IMG/VR virus record: IMGVR_UViG_3300024324_000019
Strand: one strand, 5' to 3'
Source of the DNA: an uncultured virus (IMG/VR IMGVR_UViG_3300024324_000019)
Lineage: Duplodnaviria; Heunggongvirae; Uroviricota; Caudoviricetes
DNA length: 20,000 nt
Shown: positions 1-9,924 of the stretch, in pieces
Layout: each line of letters starts with the position of its first letter
Position numbering within the stretch: position 1 is the first letter of the stretch
The notes under the pieces: generated by a model
What the model was told of the DNA's origin: nothing
The model's database searches: none
Seen by the model: only the letters and a program-made list of their open reading frames with translations
Made by a program: the position numbers and the translations under genes

Positions 1-2
1 CG

Positions 3-3000
3 GAAGATATTGACTCCGCTATGTCTCTGGCTGTTGTTACTATTCCACCTTATCCTTCACTGGCTCCTAACGTGGCCCGTGACATTGGTAGATCAGAACT
101 ATCGTCTACCATTCGTCAAATGGATAACAGACGTTTCACAATGAAAGATATTTCTGTTCTTGAACAGCGTATCAACAACCTTGAATATTACACCTCTCTA
201 TCACTACTGGAAAAAGATACTGGCGAACTTCAAATTCTTGATGGTTCTGGCGTAGACAGATTCAAGAATGGTATGTTCGTAGACCCATTTACTGGGCATG
301 GTCAAGGTGATGTAACCAACACAGATTACAAAATCGCAATAGACGAGAAAGAACAATCTGCAAGACCTCAGTTTTCTTTATACAACAACGAACTCGATTA
401 TGACTCAAGCAACTCGACCAATATCGTGCTTCAGCCTAATGATGCCCGTCTTGATGTAACACCTATTGCGGGCACTTTCACCATACGTGAAGATGTTTAT
501 CAGGGTGCGAACCTCGGCGCAGCAACAGCCCAGGGTAAAATTGTTCACGACAACACTGACCGCTTATATATTGAAATTACTTCCGGCACATGGGCAGTCT
601 CGACTACAGCAACAGGCGATTCGTCTGGCGCAACAGCCACAGTGACAGCAATTCAATTGCCTACTGATGGCGAACTATTGACCCTACCATACACCCACTC
701 TGTTCAAGTTCACCAGCCGTTCGCGTCTAAGACACGCAACGCAGTTGGCGAACTATTGTTCCATTGGGTTGGTACAATGACTCTCAATCCTGACCAAGAT
801 AACTGGACCGATACTTCACAGAAGCCTGACGTTCAAGTAAACTTCGATGGCAACATGGACGCATGGGAAACTCTCTCAAACGCCTGGGGTACGCAATGGA
901 ACGATTGGCAAACTAACTGGACGGGTTCTTCTACTTCTTCTGAAACAGCCGACGTTGGTGTTAACCGTATTACATTCGCCGGTGGCGGTCAAGGATCTAT
1001 CTTTGGTCGTACAGAAACAACAAGAACAACGACGACAACACAGCGCCAGTCTCGTACTGGTATTCAGTTAAACGTGCGTCCTGGTACTCAGACACAGAGT
1101 ATCGGTCCTAAAGTTGTTGACGTTTCTGTTATTCCGTTTATGCGTTCTCGCGTCATTCAGGTAACAGCCGAAAGCCTAAAACCTAACACCCGTGTCTATG
1201 CCTTCTTTGATGATGAAGATGTAAGTGCCTACTGTGCTAGTGTTTCAGCCTTTACCGAAGCCTTATTGACTGCACCGTCTTACGGTTCAAGTATGGTCAC
1301 AGACGCCAACGGGCAACTGTTGATGGTGTTCCGTATTCCTAACGATAGCACACTTCAATTCCGCACAGGTTTGAAATCTCTGAAACTTACAGACAGCCCG
1401 CTTAATGTGGACAGTGACGTTTCAACATCCGCCGTTGCGAACTATAACGCAACAGGTCTTCTTCAAACAACCGAAGACACGATTATTTCTACAAGAACAC
1501 CTGATGTTTCGATAGGCACGGTCGGCGATACTCGCAGAACGTCCGACGTTTCTGTTGTAACAACATCGGGTGAACGCTTTGTGGGCAGAACGCCTGCGGC
1601 CACTGTTACTAACGTAACCAATGTTAGCAACGTAACCAATGTTACCCGAGCTACAACCAATGTTACCGTTGTCAATGTAGAACAGCAGAACGCTATCAAT
1701 AGATTTAATAGGGACGCCACAGGTTTTGACGGTCCCGGCAATGGTCCACCTGACCCACTCGCTCAATCATTCTATGTTCGTCAACCCGGCGGTCTCTTTG
1801 TATCTAAGATTGATATCTATTTCCAGACCAAATCGACCACACTACCAATCACGATCGAAATTCGTGAAATGATAAACGGTCTCCCTGGTCCTAAGGTCGT
1901 ACCATTCGGCTCTAAGACGTTGTACCCAGCCGCGATCAATATTTCAACTACCGCAGCGAAGGTTACACCGTTCCATTTTGACAGCCCTGTTTATCTCCGC
2001 AGCGAACAAGAATACGTGATGGTACTGAAGCCAGCTGGTAACTCACCCGACTATAATGTTTGGGTATCAGAGCTTGGCGAATTCGATATCTTTGATACCA
2101 CAATTCGTATCACAAAGCAACCAGCCGCGGGTGTACTGTTCACTTCGGCTAACGACAGAACATGGACTCAGCACCAATCTGAAGATCTCAAGTTCACAAT
2201 TCACCGTGCGGCGTTTGATGAAACTGCAACAGGCAGCGTAAGGCTTACAAACGAAGCATCCGAATTTTTCCAATTGTCAGCCGCTAATACGGTGAACGTC
2301 GGCGAAGTTATTCATGGTGAACCAAAAATTACCGTGACATATACTGCTGGCGTTGCTAACGTTGGTGATGTTGTGACTGGCGCTACCTCTGGCGCTAACG
2401 GTACAATCACTGCCGTATCAGGAGCCGGACCATACATAATTAGCGTCAAGGATGTACCAACCGGTACCAAATTCAGTAGCACCGAAAACATTACAACCAG
2501 CCTCGGTGGTATATTTGACGTTTCAAGCCAATCAACACCACAGGGCGTTATCAAGTATTACGACCCGAACGATTCGGCTGATATCAAACTTCATCTTGGT
2601 TCAACACCTTCGGTTGCTGTATCGGGTGATTTCATTGTCGGTGAAAATCTCAGGGGTCAAACTTCAGGAAAGGATGTATTGATCACCGCGCTTGATAATA
2701 TCGTTCTTGATACCATGAACCCACAGATTCAAGCATTGAAATTCAATGGCACAGAAACCACATGGAGTATCAAAACCACCAATACTTCAGACGTTATTGA
2801 TGTAACTGGTACGGCTATTGAAGTCAATGAGAATTATGACTTGACGGCTGAAAAACGTATTCTTGGTCAAACGGCTGAAAGTGGCACAAAGTCATATCAA
2901 TTGACGGGTACACTGACAACAACGACCAACGTTCTATCACCTGCAATTGATACCAAGCGTATCTCTAATATATCTGTTGAAAACAAAATCAACAACGTAT

Positions 3001-3443
3001 CAACGGGTGAAACAGGAGCCGCTGGTTCCGCACTGGCTAAATATATCTCTCGTCAAATCACTCTTGATGATGGGCAAGATGCAGAAGATATGAAAGTTTA
3101 TCTGACAGCATATAATCCAGCCCTTGCGACCATTGAAGTGTATTACAAGATCCAGAACGGTGAAGACGGTGGTGCTTTCAAAGACAAAGCATGGGTTGAA
3201 ATGACTCAGGTCACCTCAACAACTACCGTATCTGATAGTGAATTGAAAAGTGATTGGAAAGAATTTGAATATGCCATTCCTACGGCTAACCTAACGGGTA
3301 GTAGTAGCGAAGTGCAATATGTAGCCGACTCTATCACATATACCGGTTACCTTACATTCGCAATCAAGGTCGTTCTGCTAAGTTCTGATACTTCACAAGT
3401 ACCACGTATCAAAGATCTAAGAACGCTGGCTATACAGGTGTAA
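3..3443 (+). CDS. Large virion structural protein of T4-like phages (DUF4815-like, tail/baseplate-associated); 5'-truncated by window edge
   Basis: The frame is open upstream of ATG 21 (gaa gat att gac tcc gct from position 3), so the gene starts before the window. Motifs 'NRRFTMKDI..LE.RI.NLEYYTSLSLLE', 'DRFKNGMFVDPF', 'PFMRSR', 'DPLAQSF', 'AKYISRQITL' and terminal 'PRIKDLR' match this family as recalled. Confidence 0.85.
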   Translation, partial: EDIDSAMSLAVVTIPPYPSLAPNVARDIGRSELSSTIRQMDNRRFTMKDISVLEQRINNLEYYTSLSLLEKDTGELQILDGSGVDRFKNGMFVDPFTGHGQGDVTNTDYKIAIDEKEQSARPQFSLYNNELDYDSSNSTNIVLQPNDARLDVTPIAGTFTIREDVYQGANLGAATAQGKIVHDNTDRLYIEITSGTWAVSTTATGDSSGATATVTAIQLPTDGELLTLPYTHSVQVHQPFASKTRNAVGELLFHWVGTMTLNPDQDNWTDTSQKPDVQVNFDGNMDAWETLSNAWGTQWNDWQTNWTGSSTSSETADVGVNRITFAGGGQGSIFGRTETTRTTTTTQRQSRTGIQLNVRPGTQTQSIGPKVVDVSVIPFMRSRVIQVTAESLKPNTRVYAFFDDEDVSAYCASVSAFTEALLTAPSYGSSMVTDANGQLLMVFRIPNDSTLQFRTGLKSLKLTDSPLNVDSDVSTSAVANYNATGLLQTTEDTIISTRTPDVSIGTVGDTRRTSDVSVVTTSGERFVGRTPAATVTNVTNVSNVTNVTRATTNVTVVNVEQQNAINRFNRDATGFDGPGNGPPDPLAQSFYVRQPGGLFVSKIDIYFQTKSTTLPITIEIREMINGLPGPKVVPFGSKTLYPAAINISTTAAKVTPFHFDSPVYLRSEQEYVMVLKPAGNSPDYNVWVSELGEFDIFDTTIRITKQPAAGVLFTSANDRTWTQHQSEDLKFTIHRAAFDETATGSVRLTNEASEFFQLSAANTVNVGEVIHGEPKITVTYTAGVANVGDVVTGATSGANGTITAVSGAGPYIISVKDVPTGTKFSSTENITTSLGGIFDVSSQSTPQGVIKYYDPNDSADIKLHLGSTPSVAVSGDFIVGENLRGQTSGKDVLITALDNIVLDTMNPQIQALKFNGTETTWSIKTTNTSDVIDVTGTAIEVNENYDLTAEKRILGQTAESGTKSYQLTGTLTTTTNVLSPAIDTKRISNISVENKINNVSTGETGAAGSALAKYISRQITLDDGQDAEDMKVYLTAYNPALATIEVYYKIQNGEDGGAFKDKAWVEMTQVTSTTTVSDSELKSDWKEFEYAIPTANLTGSSSEVQYVADSITYTGYLTFAIKVVLLSSDTSQVPRIKDLRTLAIQV
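1602..1680 (+). repeat. In-frame low-complexity (T/S)NV tripeptide repeat with an 18-bp near-duplicate
   Basis: aacgtaaccaatgttagc (1611-1628) is followed by aacgtaaccaatgttacc (1629-1646); encodes TVTNVTNVSNVTNVTRATTNVTVVNV. Confidence 0.8.
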
Positions 3444-3446
3444 CGT

Positions 3447-3659
3447 ATGAGAAATTTTGCACATGTAGAAGACACCAAATATAAAGTCCGTGATATGGAT
3501 TCAGGAGCCATTCTTTCAACAGATTTGGCTTCACTTGAATCATATAAAGCTGGTCGTTTATCACGCCAACAGGCTGCCTCTGATATAAATACTCTAAAGA
3601 CAGAAATGTCGGAAATAAAAGCAATGCTCCATATGTTGCTTGAGAAGGAAAGTAAGTAA
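3447..3659 (+). CDS. Small coiled-coil hypothetical protein (70 aa)
   Basis: Starts 3 nt after the upstream stop; its stop overlaps the next start (TAATG). Heptad-like C-terminus 'DINTLKTEMSEIKAMLHMLLE'. Confidence 0.8.
   Translation: MRNFAHVEDTKYKVRDMDSGAILSTDLASLESYKAGRLSRQQAASDINTLKTEMSEIKAMLHMLLEKESK
3584..3591 (+). promoter_or_regulatory. T4-type late promoter TATAAATA inside the 70-aa ORF
   Basis: Exact gp55-type consensus about 67 nt upstream of the fibre gene start at 3659. Confidence 0.65.
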
Positions 3660-5206
3660 TGGCGCTTCTATCTAACGTATATGTGCAAAATACTTTCGCA
3701 GAGTGGGTTTCGAATTATAACCTCACTGCGACGAAGATCAATGACATTACCCAAGGTCAAGACAACTACCTTCATGTTGCTGGCGCACACGTAAACACGT
3801 TTACCACAAACACTTCTAGTTCCAACAATCTGACCATTGCTGTTTCCGCCAGCTTTGATGGAAACACTGATTTTGTTGCCACATCAAATGTGATAATCCA
3901 ACAAGCGAACAACCTACATATCATGGGTGGTACCAGCGGGTACTATCTACAAACGAACGGTTCCGGTTTACTTGAATGGGCAGCGGGTTCGGCTGTAAAC
4001 GATTTCAGCGACCTTACAGGCACAATCGCCAACAACCAATTTGACCATTCTCATTCAATCGCAGCCAACACAACATGGACTGGCGCAAACACGGTCTTTG
4101 AATCGGCTAATATAAACTTCGGTAGCGTTGCCAGCCTGCACATCGACGGCGGAACAGCCGGATATGCTCTGACAACAGATGGCGCTGGTACCTTATCATG
4201 GGCTGAAAGTTCAGCCGGTGGCGCTTCTCTCGATCACGACGAATTTACAGGCACTGGTGCTTGTACCGAATTTACTGTAACAACAAGCCCTCCTAACACT
4301 TCATCCCTTATGGTATGGGTAGGCGGCGCGATTCAAACACCGGTGACAAATTATTCAGTCAACGGCAATACAGTAACCTTCACTTCCGCGCCTAGCAACC
4401 TCTCACAGATTTACACCATTAGTCTATCATCGGCTGATGTGACCGTCACAGCCGCAGACGATACCATAGGAACATCAAAACTTCAGACTGGTTCTGTGAC
4501 GTTTGAGAAAATAGCCGTGAATGCCAAACTATGGAAGTCTCATAGATGGACAGCAAACGGTACCGCTAACTCCTTTACGGTAACAACTTCACCCGCAAAC
4601 TCAGACGGCGTATTTGTTATGGTTGGTGGTGTTGTTCAAGATTCAGAATTGAACTATACCGCTTCTGGTAACACAATCACCTTGAACGCTTCACCAGCGA
4701 ACGGTGTACCTGTTGTTATTCGTAGTACCGGATTTACTTCTAATGTGGCTGTTGTCGCAGACCAATCGGTGACCACGGCTAAACTATCTGCAAGCGCAGT
4801 TTCAACAGTCAAGATCGCAGACAGCGCAGTTTCAACAGTCAAGATTGCAAACAACGCAGTTTCGACAATCAAGATTGCAAACGACGCCGTTACCTTCGCC
4901 AAGACCGATACAACATGGAACACAGCAACGTCAAACACAACGATGGTCGCCGGTGGTAGATACTTCGTTTCGACAACTGGTGGTGCCGTGACAATGACCT
5001 TGCCTGTAACACCAACACAAGGTGATTGGGTTCGTATTATCGACACGCAAGGAACCGCAGACACAAATAACATTACTGTGGCGCGTGACGCTAACAGCAT
5101 TTCTATTCAAGGATCAAATACCGATATGACAGTTTCCACAGAACGAGCCGCTTTCTCGCTAGTGTATTTCAACACTACGCAGGGCTGGCTGTTGACGGAG
5201 GTTTAA
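3659..5206 (+). CDS. Tail fibre / fibre-adaptor protein (515 aa)
   Basis: N-terminal 'NTFAEWV..YN' anchor-like motif; two 'LHI.GGT.GY.L.T.G.G.L.WA' repeats; two beta-sandwich-like repeats 'FTVTTSP....V.VGG..Q....NY...GNT.T...P'; 'AVSTVKIA' shaft repeats; C-terminal 'TLP.TP..GD.VRIID..GT...NNITV...LVY....GW' domain typical of phage tail proteins. Confidence 0.8.
   Translation: MALLSNVYVQNTFAEWVSNYNLTATKINDITQGQDNYLHVAGAHVNTFTTNTSSSNNLTIAVSASFDGNTDFVATSNVIIQQANNLHIMGGTSGYYLQTNGSGLLEWAAGSAVNDFSDLTGTIANNQFDHSHSIAANTTWTGANTVFESANINFGSVASLHIDGGTAGYALTTDGAGTLSWAESSAGGASLDHDEFTGTGACTEFTVTTSPPNTSSLMVWVGGAIQTPVTNYSVNGNTVTFTSAPSNLSQIYTISLSSADVTVTAADDTIGTSKLQTGSVTFEKIAVNAKLWKSHRWTANGTANSFTVTTSPANSDGVFVMVGGVVQDSELNYTASGNTITLNASPANGVPVVIRSTGFTSNVAVVADQSVTTAKLSASAVSTVKIADSAVSTVKIANNAVSTIKIANDAVTFAKTDTTWNTATSNTTMVAGGRYFVSTTGGAVTMTLPVTPTQGDWVRIIDTQGTADTNNITVARDANSISIQGSNTDMTVSTERAAFSLVYFNTTQGWLLTEV
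4793..4890 (+). repeat. 30-bp in-frame tandem repeat (~3 copies) encoding SAVSTVKIAD-like units
   Basis: agcgcagtttcaacagtcaagatcgcagac / agcgcagtttcaacagtcaagattgcaaac / aacgcagtttcgacaatcaagattgcaaac. Confidence 0.9.
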
Positions 5207-5209
5207 GAT

Positions 5210-6334
5210 ATGAGTACCTATAGCGATTTCAGAGCGACAGCAGGCGCTAGTGGTGGTAATCCTAACATGCTAATTAATGGTGGAATGGAAGTGGCTCAAT
5301 TGGGTGACCAGACTTCTTTCGGCGCTACCAATAATGCTATTGGGGCCTGTGATCAATGGCAACAGCGAAGCGCAGGGACTATGACCGCGCGTGTTACTTC
5401 ATCCCAGGAAGTTGACGGCGGTGTGGAAGCATTATATCCATGGCATAAATTACTTGTAACAACCGCAGACGCCTCGCCTGGTTCCACAGAAGGTTTCAAG
5501 ATTGTCCAGAAAATTGAAACGCAAAATTGTCTGTCAGTAGTAAATAATACGACAGGTATCGAAGCAACAACGCTATCAATGGATATAATTTTCCATGCCG
5601 ATGGGGCAAGTTCTATCACGTTTCCCGCCACACTGGCATTGCAAGTGAGAACGCAAGTTGATGTTGGCAACCTATACAGTTATTGGGAAGAAGTAACGAT
5701 CACTTCGGCCGATACATGGCAAAGAGTTTCGATATCTATTCCGGCAGATGCAAACCCAGGTTTTGATAGAGAACTTTACGAAGATGCTTTGTGGGTAAGC
5801 GTTGGATTATACGGCGGAAGTACCCGGACTGATGCCGGCGGCTCATGGGGCACCACTGACCATTACACAACAACAGGCGCTGATAATTTGATGGATGCCA
5901 CCAACAACTATATTGGTTTTACAAATGCTAAATTTGAAGCTGGCTCCTCGGCCACGGATTTTGTCCATGAAACATATAACGAAAATTATTTGAAATGCCT
6001 TAGATATCAATATGTTCTTGTTCCGACCGGTGGTTTTAAATCCTTTGCTCATGGTATATCAGAAACGGCGACTATCACAAGAATGACCGTCCGTTTCCCT
6101 GTTCCTATGAGAGCCGCGCCGACGCTCGGTGACTATACCGCCGCTCATTGGTATTCGGCCGATACGTTGACAGGGAGAGTAGGATCAGCCCTCAGTATTT
6201 CTTCGAACGCGGATACTGATATTGTGTATGGGGCTTTGGCTGTAACACATGCTAGTGGTACCACGCAATACCGCCCGGCAATACTTCAATCGACGGCAAG
6301 CGCGTCCGTAATGGTGATAAAGGCAGAAATGTAA
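5210..6334 (+). CDS. Tail fibre tip / putative carbohydrate-binding protein, cassette A (374 aa)
   Basis: 'NPNMLINGGMEVAQ...DQW' and 'KFEAGSSATDFVHETY...CLRY' match a widespread phage fibre module; clear paralog of the C-terminal two-thirds of 10254..11744. Confidence 0.75.
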   Translation: MSTYSDFRATAGASGGNPNMLINGGMEVAQLGDQTSFGATNNAIGACDQWQQRSAGTMTARVTSSQEVDGGVEALYPWHKLLVTTADASPGSTEGFKIVQKIETQNCLSVVNNTTGIEATTLSMDIIFHADGASSITFPATLALQVRTQVDVGNLYSYWEEVTITSADTWQRVSISIPADANPGFDRELYEDALWVSVGLYGGSTRTDAGGSWGTTDHYTTTGADNLMDATNNYIGFTNAKFEAGSSATDFVHETYNENYLKCLRYQYVLVPTGGFKSFAHGISETATITRMTVRFPVPMRAAPTLGDYTAAHWYSADTLTGRVGSALSISSNADTDIVYGALAVTHASGTTQYRPAILQSTASASVMVIKAEM

Positions 6335-6335
6335 A

Positions 6336-6638
6336 ATGAAAGAATATATTCACACGATTCATGGTAATGTAGAATCTTTCTACGACGACGAATTGAAAAC
6401 AACTTTCACAGATACAGCCACCAAATGGTATCTCTGCATGTTAGAAGAAGTAGAATCTGGTGACGCTGTAATTACAGTGGTTGATACAACACCCGAAGTC
6501 ACCTATGCGGATAACCGGACTGCTGAATACGCTTCAATCACAGACCAACTAGATATGCAATACCACGACTCTATCAACGGCACAACTACATGGGTCGACC
6601 ATGTTGAAGCCGTGAAGACTAAATATCCCAAAGGGTAA
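6336..6638 (+). CDS. Small tail-fibre-associated (assembly chaperone-like) protein, cassette A
   Basis: C-terminal 'R.AEY.SI.DQLDMQYHD.....W..H.EAVK.KYPK' motif typical of small genes following fibre genes; paralog of 11746..12027. Confidence 0.7.
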   Translation: MKEYIHTIHGNVESFYDDELKTTFTDTATKWYLCMLEEVESGDAVITVVDTTPEVTYADNRTAEYASITDQLDMQYHDSINGTTTWVDHVEAVKTKYPKG

Positions 6639-6645
6639 AAGATAA

Positions 6646-9081
6646 ATGGCAATTAACACAATTGATACCGACGTTCTTGAAAGCACCAAACTTCAGGACT
6701 TATCAGCGAACACAGCGGTTCCTATTAATCTAGGAGCCGTGACCGCTACCTCTGTGACTTCATCCGGTGCCGTATCAGGAACAACCGGAACATTTACAGG
6801 CGCTGTTGCAGGAACAACCGGAACATTTACAGGCGCTGTTGCAGGAACAACCGGAACATTTACAGGCGCTGTATCTGCTAATGGTGCCATGACTTCAGCC
6901 GCTTTCTCTGGTGTTGTTGAAACTGATGGTACATACGTTGACGCTGTTATTTTTGGTCCTGCGAGGGATGGTGTTCAATGGGATGAAAAACTCAATCTGT
7001 CTACTGTGAAGAAAATCATGGTAGCGACCATCAAGGACGCAGGCGCAGATACGACCGTTGAGATCTGGGATTACACAGATAGCACGATTGTCGGTGGTAC
7101 TGCTATGGCGGCAATAACCATTACTGGTGCTGCAACACCGACTTCCATTGCAGCCAGCATGGGCTATATCATTGTGGGTTCCGAGGATGGCATTCATATC
7201 ATCCACCCACATTTTGGTTCTTGGGCCGAAGCCACAACAGGTTGGCCCCGATCATTAAACTCAACTGACACCCCTAATTTGAACAACAACGATGTGATTG
7301 GAGTTGCAGCAAATACGCTTTCCAGTGGTCCAACTGATAGTAATACAGGAGGGCAAATCCCAACCTTTGGTGTCAAGTATGGGACAGGGACATTCCAAGC
7401 CTCTGTTATTAAGAACGATGGAACAGTTAAAGATGTAATCCAGATAACAGCAACATCTTCTCCTGCTATCGCCATCGGCCAAGATATGCTGTTCGCTGCA
7501 TATTCTACATCACAGTTCAGAGCAGCGGGACCGATTGATACAATTACTGCGGACCAAAGTGTCAACCCACCATATAGTTATCTGTCATCTAACGGTGGGC
7601 TTGATAGTGTAGGTATCTCTGCTGATGCTTTTTCCATCGGAGAGAAGATTGGTGCGCTAGGCGGTACTGGTGGCCTTGATTTTACTATTGGTCGCATGGG
7701 TCAAGGCTCATTGCAGAACCAGCTATTAGCCTCTGCGTCAATCACTAGGGCAACCAATTCTGGCTACATGCTTCACACAACCAGAGGAGTTTGGCTTTGC
7801 AATTCAGCAACGGCTGATCTTAGTCCCTACGCGAATACGCTGACTAATAACGGTGCAGGTGTTACTGAGGTATCCGCTGACGGAGCTACTGGAGAACTTA
7901 AAGCCTATAATGGTTATAGCTCAACAATTAACCATACTCGCGCAAGTGATGAAGATTGGGATGTTTGTGGCACTGGCCCGTTTCATATGGCTATCTGGTT
8001 CAAGTCTTCCGGCAACTCTACTGGCGAAGTATTCTGCGGCTTTGGTAATGCTGCTCGGTCTGTGGAGAGTTATATCAGTTTCTTGACCAGTGGTGTTATT
8101 GATTGTCAAGTCAACGGCGCATCAGCGTCTGCAAGTGGACTTGCCACAACAGAGACATTTGATGATGGTGCTTGGCACAAAGCTGACCTTGTAAACGTGT
8201 CATCCACAGAACGCTATTTGTACGTTGACGGCGTTTTAGAAGCCTCTGACACTACTAATACAGGCTCTATGTCTGACAGCGGTAATATGCCTTTTGCTAT
8301 CGGATCACTGGCTAACGGGTCAACAAACCCCGCCACTTCTACCACATTAACAATGTGCCGCTTTGCCGGGGTTTCAAGCGTATCGCCATCTGCCGCCTTG
8401 ATACGCAATATGTATTTGGCAGAGAAACCCATGTTTGATACAGCGGCCTTGGTTTTATTACAGTCCGGTACTACCGATGCGGTCCTTGACGTTGATGTTG
8501 ATCCGGTTTCCGGTAAGGTCGCAGTAGTTCAGGCTGACGACAAAGGCATTTGGGACGGGCTTGTCTATACAAATTCAGTAGAAGATGGCGCTTCAACCGC
8601 ATTCGAACACCTAAAACTTTGGGGTGAGGGTCATTACGCAATTGGTGCTACCGATGCTTCAATCAATATGCCAGCCGAGGATTTTAGAGAACTGGCTGAA
8701 ACTGTCAGGGGTCTTGGTATTCAACATGAAGGTATTGATTTAAGTAAGGCGAAGGCTTGGCTTATTGGTGGACCAATTTCAACTAGCACAATCAACGGTT
8801 CATATGGGATAGAGAGTGTAACATGGGTATCTACTGGGCACATTGATGTAGTATTTGCCACACCTTTTAAGGAATCGGTTTCTGGTGCGGATAAAATCCC
8901 TTATGTGTGTCAGGTTACTATGCAACCAGATGCCGGGACGACAGATACTTGTTATTACTATGACGGCAGTGATGAAAGCACAAATACCTCATGTAGATTA
9001 GCCTTCTATAACGGCGCCGGTGCTGCCAGGAATGTTCAATCATATTCAGCCGTATGGTTTGGCGAACTTGAAGGCGAGTAA
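6646..9081 (+). CDS. LamG/concanavalin-like domain virion protein, putative receptor-binding, cassette A (811 aa)
   Basis: LamG-like segment 'FHMAIWFK...DDGAWH...LYVDGVL...FAIG'; C-terminal 'AKAW...SYGIESVT..STG...V.F.TP' fibre domain; paralog of 12024..14162. Confidence 0.75.
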   Translation: MAINTIDTDVLESTKLQDLSANTAVPINLGAVTATSVTSSGAVSGTTGTFTGAVAGTTGTFTGAVAGTTGTFTGAVSANGAMTSAAFSGVVETDGTYVDAVIFGPARDGVQWDEKLNLSTVKKIMVATIKDAGADTTVEIWDYTDSTIVGGTAMAAITITGAATPTSIAASMGYIIVGSEDGIHIIHPHFGSWAEATTGWPRSLNSTDTPNLNNNDVIGVAANTLSSGPTDSNTGGQIPTFGVKYGTGTFQASVIKNDGTVKDVIQITATSSPAIAIGQDMLFAAYSTSQFRAAGPIDTITADQSVNPPYSYLSSNGGLDSVGISADAFSIGEKIGALGGTGGLDFTIGRMGQGSLQNQLLASASITRATNSGYMLHTTRGVWLCNSATADLSPYANTLTNNGAGVTEVSADGATGELKAYNGYSSTINHTRASDEDWDVCGTGPFHMAIWFKSSGNSTGEVFCGFGNAARSVESYISFLTSGVIDCQVNGASASASGLATTETFDDGAWHKADLVNVSSTERYLYVDGVLEASDTTNTGSMSDSGNMPFAIGSLANGSTNPATSTTLTMCRFAGVSSVSPSAALIRNMYLAEKPMFDTAALVLLQSGTTDAVLDVDVDPVSGKVAVVQADDKGIWDGLVYTNSVEDGASTAFEHLKLWGEGHYAIGATDASINMPAEDFRELAETVRGLGIQHEGIDLSKAKAWLIGGPISTSTINGSYGIESVTWVSTGHIDVVFATPFKESVSGADKIPYVCQVTMQPDAGTTDTCYYYDGSDESTNTSCRLAFYNGAGAARNVQSYSAVWFGELEGE
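6776..6872 (+). repeat. Perfect 33-bp in-frame tandem repeat (~2.9 copies) encoding AGTTGTFTGAV
   Basis: caggaacaaccggaacatttacaggcgctgttg starts at 6776, 6809 and 6842 (the last copy is 31 nt). Confidence 0.95.
8488..8522 (+). repeat. 35-bp exact direct repeat, copy 1 (copy 2 at 13623..13657)
   Basis: gacgttgatgttgatccggtttccggtaaggtcgc is present in both LamG paralogs, offset 5135 bp. Confidence 0.9.
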
Positions 9082-9084
9082 ATG

Positions 9085-9092
9085 AATAAATA
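9085..9092 (+). promoter_or_regulatory. Probable late promoter variant AATAAATA
   Basis: Intergenic, one mismatch from TATAAATA, followed by RBS GAGG and ATG 9114. Confidence 0.6.
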
Positions 9093-9113
9093 CACTAAAG
9101 AGGAAACAAAGTA

Positions 9114-9572
9114 ATGAACGAGAAAATTGTAAACGCAGACGGCTCAGTAACCGTAGTTGGTGACGCTGGCTCTGTCTCTGGTATCCTGGCTAAGAAAGTC
9201 AAGGCTGCAACAATTCCTGCCACTTACGACCAAGAAGGCAACGAAACAGCCGCGGCTATCGTACCCGATGCTTCTACATTGGCTGTTGAGGTCACTGAAG
9301 AAGAATTGAAGACCCATGCTTGGCGTCTACCTAAGGTTCGTGAAGAAAAAATGGTACAATTGCGCCGGGTCCGTAACGCGAAACTGGAACAAATCGACAA
9401 AGAAATTATGGAAAAGGTTGTTGGTAAGCCTGGTGCTACCAGAACCAAAGCCAACTCCGCAGCGGAAAAGGTAGTCCTACGGGATATGCCTATCGCTGCG
9501 GAAGTAGCCCTTGACGCTATGGATAACACCGACGATATGGATGCCTTTACGCCTGCCGAACTGGCAGACTGA
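9114..9572 (+). CDS. Putative tail fibre assembly chaperone-like protein (152 aa)
   Basis: Good RBS (agagg); C-terminal 'LRRVRNAKLEQID...LRDMP' resembles the 'R..RN.LL...D...LRDLP' motif of phage tail assembly chaperones; follows a fibre gene. Confidence 0.55.
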   Translation: MNEKIVNADGSVTVVGDAGSVSGILAKKVKAATIPATYDQEGNETAAAIVPDASTLAVEVTEEELKTHAWRLPKVREEKMVQLRRVRNAKLEQIDKEIMEKVVGKPGATRTKANSAAEKVVLRDMPIAAEVALDAMDNTDDMDAFTPAELAD

Positions 9573-9586
9573 AGAAAGCAACAACT

Positions 9587-9916
9587 ATGGCTAACGATTA
9601 CCTCGGCGAACGAATCGGTCACCTAGAAACCGAGCAAGCCAGATACGACGAAAGAATCAAGACGGCTTTTAACCGTATTGATGATATAAAAGAAGGTCAA
9701 GAAAAACATGAGGAGCGCGAACTTGCTTATCATCAAAAGACCGAAGACCATATTGATGCATTATCTGACAAGATGGACAAGCTAATTGATAACCAAAACT
9801 CGTTGATCGCTATGAAAAACAAATGGGCGGGTATCATCCTGGCTATTACTTTCATAGGTTCTGTCGGTTTCACCTTTTTTGATGCCATAAGCAATTTATT
9901 CAAGGGTGGCAGCTAA
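9587..9916 (+). CDS. Coiled-coil protein with one C-terminal TM helix (XhlA/holin-like architecture)
   Basis: Charged heptad N-terminal region then hydrophobic 'WAGIILAITFIGSVGFTFF'. Function is inference. Confidence 0.6.
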   Translation: MANDYLGERIGHLETEQARYDERIKTAFNRIDDIKEGQEKHEERELAYHQKTEDHIDALSDKMDKLIDNQNSLIAMKNKWAGIILAITFIGSVGFTFFDAISNLFKGGS

Positions 9917-9924
9917 ATAGTAAT

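Noticed and set aside
6619..6625. CTAAATA as a late promoter for the 811-aa gene
   Set aside because: Non-consensus, explained by T-K-Y codons, and absent at the equivalent position in cassette B.
6776..6872. CRISPR-like array (also the 30-bp repeat at 4793-4890)
   Set aside because: Repeats are head-to-tail with no spacers, are multiples of 3, and lie in frame within fibre genes.
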